Origin: Longimicrobiales bacterium
GTDB taxonomy: Bacteria; Gemmatimonadota; Gemmatimonadetes; Longimicrobiales; Gaopeijiaceae
Length of the DNA: 64,000 nucleotides
Direction of reading: 5' to 3'
Assembly (NCBI GenBank): GCA_965219445.1
Contig: CBDCNQ010000002.1
Coordinates: 32,001 to 96,000, forward strand
Positions 1 to 9,474 of this stretch are shown here, in pieces. Position 1 is the first letter of the stretch. Each line of letters opens with the position of its first letter. A program made the translations under genes and the position numbers. The notes beneath the pieces are model-generated. The model had not been told where the DNA came from. It did not search any database and saw nothing but the letters and a program-made list of their open reading frames with translations.

Positions 1-699
1 GACGCGGTTAGCGATCGCGATTGGGCCCTCGGGCTCGCCTTCGTGGCCGCTCGCCTCGGGATCCACTTATCGCGGTTGGCGGAGGATCTGGTGCTATTCG
101 GATCCAGGGAATTCGGGTTCGTCCGCTTGTCTGACGGGTTCAGCACGGGATCCAGCCTGATGCCGCAGAAACGGAATCCGGACGTGGCGGAGCTCGTGCG
201 GGGGAAATCAGGTCGGCTGACGGGCAATCTCGTGTCGCTCCTCACGGTGTTGAAGGGACTTCCCACCGGTTACAACCGTGACCTCCAGGAAGACAAAGGA
301 ACGCTCTTCGATTCCGTGGACACGCTCAGCATGGTGTTGCCCGCGATCGAAGGGGCCGTCCGCGGCGCGGAATTTCAAACGGACCGCATCGAGGCCGCGC
401 TCGACCCGCAACTTCTCGCCACGGATTTGGCCGATTATCTGGTCCGGGCCGGCGTACCCTTCCGGAAGGCTCACGAGGTCGTCGCCACGGTCGTGCGCGT
501 CGCGGAGAACCAGGGCGTTGCGGTGAACCAGCTTCCGCTCGAGGCGTTCCAGGAGGCACACGCGGCGTTCGGTGCCGATGTGCTCGACGTGTTCGAATGG
601 GAACGCTCGCTCGAGGCCCGGGAAGCCCCAGGAGGCACGGCCCGAAAGGCGGTTATGAAGCAGATCAAGACTGCGGAGACGTGCCTCCAGCAGCCCTAG
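1..699 (+). CDS. argH: Argininosuccinate lyase (5'-partial, runs off window start)
   Basis: Frame open from base 1 (DAVSDRDW); signature [38 protein letters not shown]. Confidence 0.96.
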   Translation, partial: DAVSDRDWALGLAFVAARLGIHLSRLAEDLVLFGSREFGFVRLSDGFSTGSSLMPQKRNPDVAELVRGKSGRLTGNLVSLLTVLKGLPTGYNRDLQEDKGTLFDSVDTLSMVLPAIEGAVRGAEFQTDRIEAALDPQLLATDLADYLVRAGVPFRKAHEVVATVVRVAENQGVAVNQLPLEAFQEAHAAFGADVLDVFEWERSLEAREAPGGTARKAVMKQIKTAETCLQQP

Positions 700-1732
700 A
701 GGCTGCGACGTTGAGACCCTCCAGCGCCCTCCCCGCCGCCGCCGCAAATGGTGCCAGGTCGGCCATGAGTGAGTCGAATTCTTCGAACAACAACGACTGG
801 TCCCCGTCGGATACGGCCATCTCGGGGTCGGGATGGACCTCCACGATGAGGCCATCGGCCCCCGCAGCGATGGCCGCGTAGGAAAGGGCCGGCACCAGGT
901 CTCGCCGCCCTGCGGCATGGCTGGGATCGGCCACTACGGGCAGGTGTGTTTCCTTCTTGAGCACGGGGATTGCGGCCAGATCGAACGTGTTGCGCGTCGC
1001 GTCTTCGAACGTTCGGATGCCTCGCTCACAGAGCACCACGTTCATGTTCCCTTGCTTCATGACGTACTCGGCGGCCAGGAGGAGGTCCTGGATCTTGGCC
1101 GACATGCCGCGCTTGAGAAGGATCGGCCTGTGGAGCCGTCCGACTTCCGTGAGGAGGGAGAAATTCTGCATGTTTCGGGCTCCGATCTGCAGCATGTCGG
1201 CGTACTCCGCGACAAGGTCGACCTGACGGGTATCCATGACTTCCGTCACCACCGGGAGCCCGGTCTCGGCTCGCACGTCCGCGAGCATCTTCAAGCCCTC
1301 CTCACCGAGACCGTCGAAGGCGTAGGGAGAGCTCCTCGGTTTGAACGCCCCACCGCGTAATCCGGTCGCTCCCGCCGCCTTCACGCGCCGTGCCGTATCC
1401 TGGAGCATGAGGAGGTTCTCGACGGAGCACGGTCCCGCGACGATCGAAAGGGCGTTGCCTCCTACCGTTGCGCCCCCGAGGGGAACCTCCGTGGGCTGCA
1501 TGTCGGCTTGCCGGCTCGCCAGCTTGTACGGCTTCATGACCGGGCGAACACCCTCGACACCAGGAATCGAGAGCAGGGGCACGTTGGCAAGTTGTTCCGG
1601 ATCTCCGATACAAAGCACGACCGTCCGGTGCTCGCCTCGAATGAGGTGCGTGCGAGGGCCTAGGGACTCGATTCTTTCCCGGATGTGGTCGAGTTCTTCG
1701 TCGGTCACGCCGGGGCGGGTGACAATGATCAT
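665..1732 (-). CDS. aroF: DAHP synthase, type I-beta with N-terminal regulatory domain
   Basis: Start MIIVTRPG at 1732; motifs [45 protein letters not shown]; 3' end overlaps argH by 35 bp. Confidence 0.93.
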   Translation of the reverse strand: MIIVTRPGVTDEELDHIRERIESLGPRTHLIRGEHRTVVLCIGDPEQLANVPLLSIPGVEGVRPVMKPYKLASRQADMQPTEVPLGGATVGGNALSIVAGPCSVENLLMLQDTARRVKAAGATGLRGGAFKPRSSPYAFDGLGEEGLKMLADVRAETGLPVVTEVMDTRQVDLVAEYADMLQIGARNMQNFSLLTEVGRLHRPILLKRGMSAKIQDLLLAAEYVMKQGNMNVVLCERGIRTFEDATRNTFDLAAIPVLKKETHLPVVADPSHAAGRRDLVPALSYAAIAAGADGLIVEVHPDPEMAVSDGDQSLLFEEFDSLMADLAPFAAAAGRALEGLNVAASRAAGGTSPQS

Positions 1733-1782
1733 GGTCTTCTCAGCTTGTGAGTGGTGGCCCGCTTCCCGAATGAAAGGCCACG

Positions 1783-1814
1783 AAAAAAGGCCCCCGACCA
1801 AGAGTCGAGAGCCT
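1783..1814 (-). terminator. Intrinsic terminator (attenuator) in the aroF leader
   Basis: Minus strand GGCTCTCGAC-TCTTG-GTCGGGGGCC-TTTTTT: 10-bp stem (two G-U pairs) followed by U6, about 50 nt upstream of the aroF start. Confidence 0.85.
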
Positions 1815-1849
1815 CGGGACGAAACGCGTTTGCGCTCAGCGCGCGCGCA

Positions 1850-1918
1850 TCAGCCGCTGGCTCCCGGAGGGGGCCACCCGGTAAAGTAGAAAGCCTGATG
1901 CTTGTGCGCGTGAATCAT
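1850..1918 (-). CDS. Aromatic-rich leader peptide MIHAHKHQAFYFTGWPPPGASG (22 aa)
   Basis: Translated by hand; F-Y-F-x-x-W cluster; lies immediately before the terminator hairpin preceding DAHP synthase. Confidence 0.8.
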   Translation of the reverse strand: MIHAHKHQAFYFTGWPPPGASG

Positions 1919-1925
1919 GGGCTAA

Positions 1926-1954
1926 AAGCTGTGCTTCCAGTGATCATGAGTCAA
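1926..1954 (-). promoter_or_regulatory. Putative sigma70 promoter for the aroF leader (possibly leaderless mRNA)
   Basis: TTGACT-17 nt-CAGCTT-7 nt-ATG of the leader peptide on the minus strand. Confidence 0.5.
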
Positions 1955-2045
1955 GAGACGGTCTGGTCTGTGGCCCTCGGCGTTCTTAGATTCCGGCAGT
2001 AAAACCGCTTTGTCAGACACTTTTTGCACGTCGGAGGAGCTATAC

Positions 2046-2984
2046 ATGTCCACGGCCGCCGTTGCTGCGGGGTCCACGGTCACGGCGAGCGTTACGCGCC
2101 CCGTCCTCGATGAACTCGATGTCCCACTCGGGAAACGCGTACGCCTTCGTAGACTGCTCTATGGACGGGGGTTGAAGAACGGAACGCTTCTCATCCTCCC
2201 GATCGACCAGGGTTTGGAGCACGGTCCGATCGATTTTTTCCCCAATCCGCCCTCCCAGGATCCGGACTATCAGTGGCGGCTGGCGTTGGAGGGCAACTAC
2301 AACGCCGTGGCGTGCCACTACGGGCTCGCCCGCAAGTACATGGCGAAGTACGCGGGGGAGGTCCCACTTCTTCTGAAGATCAACGGAAAGACCACGATAC
2401 CCTCCGATGCGGAGGCCTTTTCGTCGTTGACCGGCAGCGTTGAGGACGCAGTATCGATGGGCGCCGACGCCGTCGGGTACACCCTTTATGTCGGTTCTCC
2501 CCGGCAGGACGAGGATCTCCAACAACTCCAGCTCGTTCGTGAGGACTGCGACAAGTACAACATGCCTCTGGTGGTGTGGTCGTATCCAAGGGGTGCCGCG
2601 ATCGAGGAGAAGGGGGGACGCGACAGCCTCTATGCCGTCGACTATGCGGCCCGAGTCGCCCTCGAAATGGGTGCCGACATCGTGAAGCTGAACATTCCAA
2701 AGCACGGTCCGAAGGACGCCGATCAGCCCGGGGAATACTCCGGGATCGAGTACGACTATCGGGAGGGCGCGAGGCGGGTGGTGGAGTCCGCGGGGCGCTG
2801 TCTCGTACTCTTTTCCGGGGGAAGCAAGCTCGGCGATGACGACCTCATGACCAAAGTGCGTACGGGCCTGGAAGCCGGCGCGACAGGTCTCATCTTCGGC
2901 CGCAACATGTGGCAGCGGCCCTTCGATGAGGCGCTTGCCATCACCGAGCGAGTCCACGAGGTGATGAAGGAGTTCGGCGCCTGA
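2046..2984 (+). CDS. fbaB: Class I fructose-bisphosphate aldolase (DhnA/FbaB type)
   Basis: ILPIDQGLEHGP, WSYPRG, GADIVK Schiff-base Lys, FSGG, GLIFGRN; GGAGGAG RBS before ATG 2046. Confidence 0.9.
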   Translation: MSTAAVAAGSTVTASVTRPVLDELDVPLGKRVRLRRLLYGRGLKNGTLLILPIDQGLEHGPIDFFPNPPSQDPDYQWRLALEGNYNAVACHYGLARKYMAKYAGEVPLLLKINGKTTIPSDAEAFSSLTGSVEDAVSMGADAVGYTLYVGSPRQDEDLQQLQLVREDCDKYNMPLVVWSYPRGAAIEEKGGRDSLYAVDYAARVALEMGADIVKLNIPKHGPKDADQPGEYSGIEYDYREGARRVVESAGRCLVLFSGGSKLGDDDLMTKVRTGLEAGATGLIFGRNMWQRPFDEALAITERVHEVMKEFGA

Positions 2985-3017
2985 CGAAGCCACCGGTCCG
3001 CACTCCGGGAGGGCCAC

Positions 3018-3779
3018 GTGACGGACGCTGACTCCATGAAGAGAGCGGTGGGCACGGAAGCGGCCGAACTCGTGGAGAGCGGGATGCGTTTGGGGCTGGG
3101 CACTGGATCGACCGTGGCCCACTTGTTGACCGCTCTGGCCAATAGGCTCGACACGGGTAGGCTGGTCGATGTGGTCGGCGTACCCACGTCTCTTCGCACG
3201 GCTCACGAGGCCCGGGAACTTGGCATTCCGCTGACCTCCTTGACCGAGACTCCCGTTCTCGATTTGACGATCGATGGCGCCGATGAGGTCGATCCCGAGT
3301 TGAACCTCATCAAGGGTCTCGGGGGAGCGCTTCTCCGGGAAAAGATAGTGGCCCAGGCCTCTCGACGGTTGGCGATCATGGTCGACGACACCAAGATGGT
3401 GCCCGCACTTGGGACACGGTGCCTCGTGCCGCTCGAGGTGATACAGTTCGGATGGGAGGTCCACGGCGGGTTCGTGGAGTCGTTCGGCGCCCAACCCACG
3501 CTACGGGTGGGGCCGGACGGAGAGCCGATGGTCACGGACAATGGCAACTACATCATCGACTGCCATTTCCCGGACGGAATCGCCGACGCTGAAAACTTTG
3601 AGCTGGCCATCCGTACGAGAGCCGGAATCGTGGAATCCGGGCTCTTTCTCGGAATGGCGACCGAAGTGCTGGTGAGTGGTCCGGCTGGTGTTGAAAGGCT
3701 GACGAGGGGAGATGGTGCCGTCATGAGAGATGGCCCCGCGGAGGGAGATGGTCCCGTGACGGGAGGCCACGCCCCATGA
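3018..3779 (+). CDS. rpiA: Ribose-5-phosphate isomerase A
   Basis: GLGTGST, DGADEVD, IKGLGGALLREK, TDNGNYIID. Confidence 0.96.
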   Translation: MTDADSMKRAVGTEAAELVESGMRLGLGTGSTVAHLLTALANRLDTGRLVDVVGVPTSLRTAHEARELGIPLTSLTETPVLDLTIDGADEVDPELNLIKGLGGALLREKIVAQASRRLAIMVDDTKMVPALGTRCLVPLEVIQFGWEVHGGFVESFGAQPTLRVGPDGEPMVTDNGNYIIDCHFPDGIADAENFELAIRTRAGIVESGLFLGMATEVLVSGPAGVERLTRGDGAVMRDGPAEGDGPVTGGHAP

Positions 3780-4498
3780 CGGTTCTGATCGCTCCATCCA
3801 TTCTTTCCGCAGATTTTGGGCGTCTGGCCGAGCAGGTGTCGGAGGCGGACGAAGCCGGAGCCGACTGGATTCACGTGGACGTTATGGACGGGCACTTCGT
3901 CCCCAACATCACGATCGGACCTGCGGTGACATCGGCCGTGCGGGCAGCTACGGACCTCCCCGTCGACGTGCACCTGATGATCGAAGAGCCCGACCTGTAC
4001 CTCTCCGCCTTCGCGGATGCCGGAGCCGACTACATCACGGTTCATCAGGAGGCGTGCTCCCATCTCCACAAGACCATCGAGCGTATTCGCCAACTGGCCG
4101 TACGCCCCGGCGTGACACTGAATCCGGCTACGTCCGTCGAGACGCTGGCGGAAGTCGTACGCGAGATCGATCTCGCTCTGATCATGTCAGTAAATCCAGG
4201 GTTCGGAGGGCAGGCGTACATTCCGTCGAGTACCGAGAAGATCCGCCGGCTCCGGGCGATGCTCGACGAAAAAGGCGCGGGCGGCGCCGAGCTCGAGGTG
4301 GATGGAGGGGTGAATGTCGACACGGCGGGCACGGCGAGCCGGGCGGGGGCGTCCGTGCTCGTGGCCGGAGCGGCGGTTTTTGGCCATTCGGGCGGCATTG
4401 GGGAGGCGATCCGGTTGATCCGAAGCGCCGCCGAGGATGGAAGCGCTGCCGAAGAGAGTGGACTGGCAGAGGAGGGTGGAGCGGACGGAGTCCGGTGA
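3776..4498 (+). CDS. rpe: Ribulose-phosphate 3-epimerase
   Basis: APSILSADF, HVDVMDGHFVPN, MSVNPGFGGQ, EVDGG. Confidence 0.96.
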   Translation: MTVLIAPSILSADFGRLAEQVSEADEAGADWIHVDVMDGHFVPNITIGPAVTSAVRAATDLPVDVHLMIEEPDLYLSAFADAGADYITVHQEACSHLHKTIERIRQLAVRPGVTLNPATSVETLAEVVREIDLALIMSVNPGFGGQAYIPSSTEKIRRLRAMLDEKGAGGAELEVDGGVNVDTAGTASRAGASVLVAGAAVFGHSGGIGEAIRLIRSAAEDGSAAEESGLAEEGGADGVR

Positions 4499-5235
4499 AC
4501 CCGTCGCCGACGCTCCTTGCCGTGCTGGCGCACCCGGACGATGAGGTGCTCTGTGCCGGCGCTCTACTCGCCCAACGGGCCGCTGGCTCGCGGGTCGTAG
4601 TACTGTGGCTCACCCGAGGGGAGATGACGGACGCTTTCGGCCCACTCCCGACGGCGGAGGTAGCCAAGCGCCGGATGGACCTGGGTATGCGGGTGGCGGA
4701 GTGTTTGGGCGTCGAAGGACGCTTCCTCTCGTTTCCGGACTCCGCAGTCCAGGCGACGTCTGAAGCGGGCGACGAGGTCGCCAGGGTCATGGCCGAGATC
4801 AAGCCCCATGGGCTCCTTACCTGGGGGGATGCATGGGCCCGAGGCTTCCGGCATCCGGACCACCAGGCGACGGGAAAAATCGCGCGCGACGCGGTCAATT
4901 TCGCACGCATCTCCAAGGTTGTAGAGCCAGAGGAACCCCACAGAGCGTTCTGCCCAATCTTCACGTTGCGGGGTGTGCACTCCAGCCTCCCAACCGTCGC
5001 GCTTGACGTAAGTGGGTATGCGGACAAGATATTTGAAGTGGCGGATATTTATCGACGAGCGATCGGCTTCGGGGCTCCCGAGTGGCTCGAGGGTCGTCTT
5101 CGTTCCGCTGGAAGTCGATGGGGCCGAGATCTGGTTGAAGAGTTCGACGCTTGGGAGACCGGGTCCGGACTGGTCGATCAGCTGTTACCCCATCGAGACG
5201 GGCCATTCTATCATCACCCGGAGAGAGAAACTTGA
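4495..5235 (+). CDS. PIG-L/LmbE family deacetylase
   Basis: GTG start overlapping the rpe stop; AHPDDE, TRGE and HPDH motifs. Confidence 0.85.
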   Translation: MNPSPTLLAVLAHPDDEVLCAGALLAQRAAGSRVVVLWLTRGEMTDAFGPLPTAEVAKRRMDLGMRVAECLGVEGRFLSFPDSAVQATSEAGDEVARVMAEIKPHGLLTWGDAWARGFRHPDHQATGKIARDAVNFARISKVVEPEEPHRAFCPIFTLRGVHSSLPTVALDVSGYADKIFEVADIYRRAIGFGAPEWLEGRLRSAGSRWGRDLVEEFDAWETGSGLVDQLLPHRDGPFYHHPERET

Positions 5236-5304
5236 ACTCGATCGCGGCCCGTCCGCGATTCGGCAAAGTGAACCCTCCCGGGGGAAGAAGCTGAGCGGGA
5301 ATCC

Positions 5305-5667
5305 ATGTCCATAGATCCGACCATCATCGATCCGGCCGCCCTAAAGAGATTAGAGGGCTGGGGCGGTACGAAGCTTTCAAGAGAGATCGTTCGACTCTTC
5401 CTCGACAACGGCCCCACGCGGGTCGACCAGATTCGTGGGGCCATGAACGGAGATGATCTCGAGGTGCCCGAGCGGGGTGCCCACTCGTTGAAATCCAGCG
5501 CCGCGAATGTCGGGGCGCAACAACTCCAGAGCGTCGCGAGTGAGCTCGAGCTGGCAGCGTCGGGTGGCGACCTCCAACGTGTTCGGGATCTCATTCCCAA
5601 TCTCGAGCAGGCGTACGCTCAGGCCGCTGGAGAGTTGGCGGTGATTGTCGAGGAAGACGGGGAATGA
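5305..5667 (+). CDS. Hpt (histidine phosphotransfer) domain protein
   Basis: AHSLKSSAANVGA Hpt motif; coupled to a receiver gene. Confidence 0.88.
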   Translation: MSIDPTIIDPAALKRLEGWGGTKLSREIVRLFLDNGPTRVDQIRGAMNGDDLEVPERGAHSLKSSAANVGAQQLQSVASELELAASGGDLQRVRDLIPNLEQAYAQAAGELAVIVEEDGE

Positions 5668-6038
5668 AGCCTAAAATCGCTGTCGTTGAGGATAACATCG
5701 ACAATCGCCTCCTCGTCCGGGCCATTCTCGAAGAGCAGTACGAGATCTCCGAATACGAGAACGGGATGGAAGTCATGGACGGCCTGGCCGACGACATCCC
5801 GGACCTCGTTCTGCTCGACATCTCTCTGCCGGGAATGGATGGCACCGAGGTGCTCGAGTGGGTCAGGTCTCAGGAGGGATTGAGTAGCCTCCCCGTGATC
5901 GCGCTGACCGCCCATGCCATGTCCGGCGATCGGGAGAAGTACCTCGAGATGGGTTTCGACGAGTACGTCACGAAGCCGATCGTCGATGAGGAAATTCTCA
6001 TGGAGGCTATCGAGCGTCTGCTCGCCAGATCGCTGTGA
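5664..6038 (+). CDS. Single-domain response regulator (DivK/CheY-like)
   Basis: VVEDN, LLDISLPGMDG, ALTAHAM, TKP. Confidence 0.92.
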   Translation: MKPKIAVVEDNIDNRLLVRAILEEQYEISEYENGMEVMDGLADDIPDLVLLDISLPGMDGTEVLEWVRSQEGLSSLPVIALTAHAMSGDREKYLEMGFDEYVTKPIVDEEILMEAIERLLARSL

Positions 6039-9000
6039 ACGAGTCCGGCACCGACGAACGCGAGATGGTACCCGCCGGGGATCGGGAGGCGGAGGGGGTC
6101 GAGGATCTGGCAGAATTTCTGGATGCCGCCATCAGCGAGTTGGAAAGCCGGCCCGAGGATTCGAGGCTGTTGGCCGACCGACCTCCGGAACCTGGTAACG
6201 AGCGGTCGGCCACGATCTACTGGATGCTCCTCACGGTTCTATTTGCCTTTGCCATCTTCCTCAGGCTCTTCCCCTTCGATGACAACGAGGCCCGCCATGT
6301 CATCTGGGAATTCATCAGCACGACGCTGGCCCTGGTCGTCGGGAGCCTTTCTCTCGTCCGTTTCTACAGTAAGAAACAGGAAACCTTCCTGTTCATCGGC
6401 ACTGGCTTCCTTGGTACCGGATTCCTGAATGCATACCACGCCGTCATGACCTCGGCGCTCATCGGGGGGGAAGCGACTGGGCTCGAGAGCGCGGACCGGG
6501 CCGCCTGGACTTGGACGGCCTCGAGGCTGTTCTTGTCGATGTTCCTTTTCGGAAGCGTTCTTCTCCGGTCGGACGAAGCCGGGTCTGAACGATCTCACAC
6601 CAATGAGTTGTTCGTCTACGTCTTGGCCGCAATCTTGACGACTGCCTTCTTCCTGGTGTTTATCTTCTTTCCCCTCCCTCCCGCGTATTATCCCGATTTC
6701 CTTGTGTGGCGGCCAGCCGAATTCATCCCGGCGACCTTCTTCTTCGCCGCTTGGGTTGGATACCTCCGCCGAGGTGAGTGGCGCACTGAACCCTTCCAGT
6801 ATTGGCTGCTCATCTCGCTGATAATCAGTGTGTTCCTGCACGCGATGTATATGTCGCAGGCCACGAGCGAGTTCGACGGAATCGCCGATGCCGCACATCT
6901 CCTGAAAATTCTGGCCAACGTAAGCGTGCTGGCGGGGCTCATGATCAGTGTCTTTGTGACATTTCGGTCAGAGACGGCAGCACTGGAGACGGTGCACGAG
7001 ACCAATCTCCTGATGGCTCGTGAAGTGGAGGTTCGAGCGAAGGCCCAGCACCGGCTTCGCGACTTCCTCGACAACGCGAACGACCTCATTCAAATCACCG
7101 ATGCCGACGGGTATCTGGCCTACGTCAATCGTGCGTGGGCGGCCACGTTCGGGTTCGAAGAAGAAGCCGTCGAGGGAAAGAACGTGTATGAGTTGCTCCG
7201 ACCGTCCAATCGGGTCGAACTCGAGACAGCCTTCCGGCGGCTTGCCGAGGGAGGCTCGATGGAGCGCTTCATCTCGGAGTTTCATACGCGGGACGGAGAG
7301 CCGGTCATCTGCGCGATCAGTGCCAACTGCAGCCGGACGGGCGAAGACGTGCTGGTCGTCCGGTCGATCATCCGGAACGTCACCGAGACCGTGAGGGCCG
7401 AGCGGGAGCTGGCGGGGTCGCGCGCCAACCTCAACGCCTTGGTCGAAAATACCGGTGACGTGATCTGGTCGGTCAATGCTGACCACGAGCTGATCACGTT
7501 CAATTCCGCCTTTGCTCTGGCCGTCGAAGCACGTACAGGTCTTGAGCCCAGTGTAGGGGATGGTCCGGAGGATCTTTATCCGAGCGACCAAGCGGTCTGG
7601 TTCCAACAGGCCTACGACGAAGTATTGAGGACGGGTCGCATGTCCAAGATTCGTTCCGAGGAGATGGATGGCGACATCCGGCACTTCGAGTTGTTCTTCA
7701 GCCCGATCAGAGACCAGGCCGATGCGGCCGGCGTTGTGGTGTTCGGAAAGGACATCACGAGACGGAGGAGGGCCGAGGTGGATCTGGTGTCGGCCAAGAA
7801 CGAGGCGGAGGCCGCGAATCGGGCCAAGAGCCAATTTCTGGCGAACATGAGCCACGAGTTGCGTACGCCGCTCAACTCGGTGATCGGGTTCGCCAACATC
7901 CTGTTGAAGAACAAAAAGCAGAACCTGAAGTCTTCAGACATCGGCTTCTTGAATCGCATCCAGGCCAATGGAAAGCACCTACTTGCGCTTATCAACGAGA
8001 TCCTCGATCTGGCGAAAATCGAATCCGGGCGCATGGAATTGGATCTCATGCCGGTCGACATCGGCCTCCTCGCCCAAGAGGCGCTGGCGCTCGTCGAGGG
8101 TCAAATTCGGGGCCGTGAGCCGGAGGTGGAGGTCCGCCTCGAGGGCCCCGAGACGACGTACGAGGTCGAAACGGACCCCGCTAAGCTGAAGCAGGTCATT
8201 GTGAACTTGGTGGGAAATGCACTGAAGTTCACGGAGTCGGGAGAGATCGTGGTCCGCATCGACATCGATGAGGGTATTGGAAAGCCTGCTGCCATCTCCG
8301 TCAGTGACACCGGAATCGGGATTCCCGAAGAGCGCCTGAGCGCTATCTTCGAGGCCTTTCAACAAGCGGAGGCCGGGACCGCGCGTCAGTTCGGTGGTAC
8401 CGGTCTCGGCCTCGCCATCTCGCGCTCCATGTGCCTTCTGATGGGCTACGAACTCACCGTCGAGAGTGAGGTAGGCCAAGGGACCACGTTCAAGATCGAC
8501 TTCCCGTCGATCCAAGTGTCGGAGGGCTCCGCCCTGGCCGCGGCCCAGGAGGGGGCCCAGGGACCTGACGGAGAAGAGGCCGAGCGCTCGACGGATGTCT
8601 CGGTCGCTGGAGACGACGATGTCGAAGTGGCTGTGGGCTCCGAGGAAGGGGGTTCGGCGGGTAATGATACAGGCAGGGGTGCGGCGCGAGGCAAGGTTAA
8701 GCATTACAAAGTCCTGGCCATCGACGACGACCCGGACTCCCTCGTCCTGATGGAGGACTACCTCGCTGATTTTGGCTGTGAAGTTCTTCAGGCCTCCTCG
8801 GGAGTTGTGGGGCTCCAGATGGCCACGACGCACAAACCGGATCTCGTGACGCTCGACCTCCACATGCCCGACGTGGACGGTTGGGAGGTGTTGCGGAGGT
8901 TGAAGGCGGACCCGGACGTGAGGCACATACCGGTGGTCATCGCGAGCGTCGCAGCCAACGAGAGCCGAGGAAGACTCTTCGGCGCGGTCGATCTGCTGAC

Positions 9001-9466
9001 GAAGCCAATCGAGCGGTCCGACCTTATGCGTGTGCTCTGGCGGCAGCTCGTGAATCAGCATGGGCGCAAGGTGCTGCTGGTCGACGACGATCCTGAGGTT
9101 CAGGCTCTCCTCACGAACGCATTGGCGGCAGACGATCTGGACGTGTGCTGCGTGGAGAACGGAGAGGAGGCTCTCCTCTTCCTGGAACGGGACACGCCGG
9201 CTGCGGTTCTCCTGGACCTGCGAATGCCGGTGATGGACGGATTCGAGTTTCTCGACCGGATGCGTGAGAGCCGTTATCACAAAGGCCTTCCCGTCATCGC
9301 GATTACGGTCAAACGGCTCACGCCGAAGGAAGCGGCCCAATTGGCCGACAAGGCGTCGGCCGTCGTGATCAAGGATGCGAACTTCGTTCCGCGGGTGCGG
9401 GCGTCCCTCACGACGCTTTTCCCGATGGAATCCCGTAGGAGCGAGGTGGAACCTATCGCCGATTGA
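6035..9466 (+). CDS. Hybrid sensor histidine kinase (multi-TM MASE3-like sensor, 2 PAS, HisKA, HATPase, 2 REC)
   Basis: Hydrophobic N-terminal helices; H-box ANMSHELRTPLN; NLVGNALKFT; DTGIGI; GGTGLGL; two receiver domains (LDLHMP, LDLRMP). Confidence 0.92.
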   Translation: MNESGTDEREMVPAGDREAEGVEDLAEFLDAAISELESRPEDSRLLADRPPEPGNERSATIYWMLLTVLFAFAIFLRLFPFDDNEARHVIWEFISTTLALVVGSLSLVRFYSKKQETFLFIGTGFLGTGFLNAYHAVMTSALIGGEATGLESADRAAWTWTASRLFLSMFLFGSVLLRSDEAGSERSHTNELFVYVLAAILTTAFFLVFIFFPLPPAYYPDFLVWRPAEFIPATFFFAAWVGYLRRGEWRTEPFQYWLLISLIISVFLHAMYMSQATSEFDGIADAAHLLKILANVSVLAGLMISVFVTFRSETAALETVHETNLLMAREVEVRAKAQHRLRDFLDNANDLIQITDADGYLAYVNRAWAATFGFEEEAVEGKNVYELLRPSNRVELETAFRRLAEGGSMERFISEFHTRDGEPVICAISANCSRTGEDVLVVRSIIRNVTETVRAERELAGSRANLNALVENTGDVIWSVNADHELITFNSAFALAVEARTGLEPSVGDGPEDLYPSDQAVWFQQAYDEVLRTGRMSKIRSEEMDGDIRHFELFFSPIRDQADAAGVVVFGKDITRRRRAEVDLVSAKNEAEAANRAKSQFLANMSHELRTPLNSVIGFANILLKNKKQNLKSSDIGFLNRIQANGKHLLALINEILDLAKIESGRMELDLMPVDIGLLAQEALALVEGQIRGREPEVEVRLEGPETTYEVETDPAKLKQVIVNLVGNALKFTESGEIVVRIDIDEGIGKPAAISVSDTGIGIPEERLSAIFEAFQQAEAGTARQFGGTGLGLAISRSMCLLMGYELTVESEVGQGTTFKIDFPSIQVSEGSALAAAQEGAQGPDGEEAERSTDVSVAGDDDVEVAVGSEEGGSAGNDTGRGAARGKVKHYKVLAIDDDPDSLVLMEDYLADFGCEVLQASSGVVGLQMATTHKPDLVTLDLHMPDVDGWEVLRRLKADPDVRHIPVVIASVAANESRGRLFGAVDLLTKPIERSDLMRVLWRQLVNQHGRKVLLVDDDPEVQALLTNALAADDLDVCCVENGEEALLFLERDTPAAVLLDLRMPVMDGFEFLDRMRESRYHKGLPVIAITVKRLTPKEAAQLADKASAVVIKDANFVPRVRASLTTLFPMESRRSEVEPIAD

Positions 9467-9474
9467 GGTGGGAC

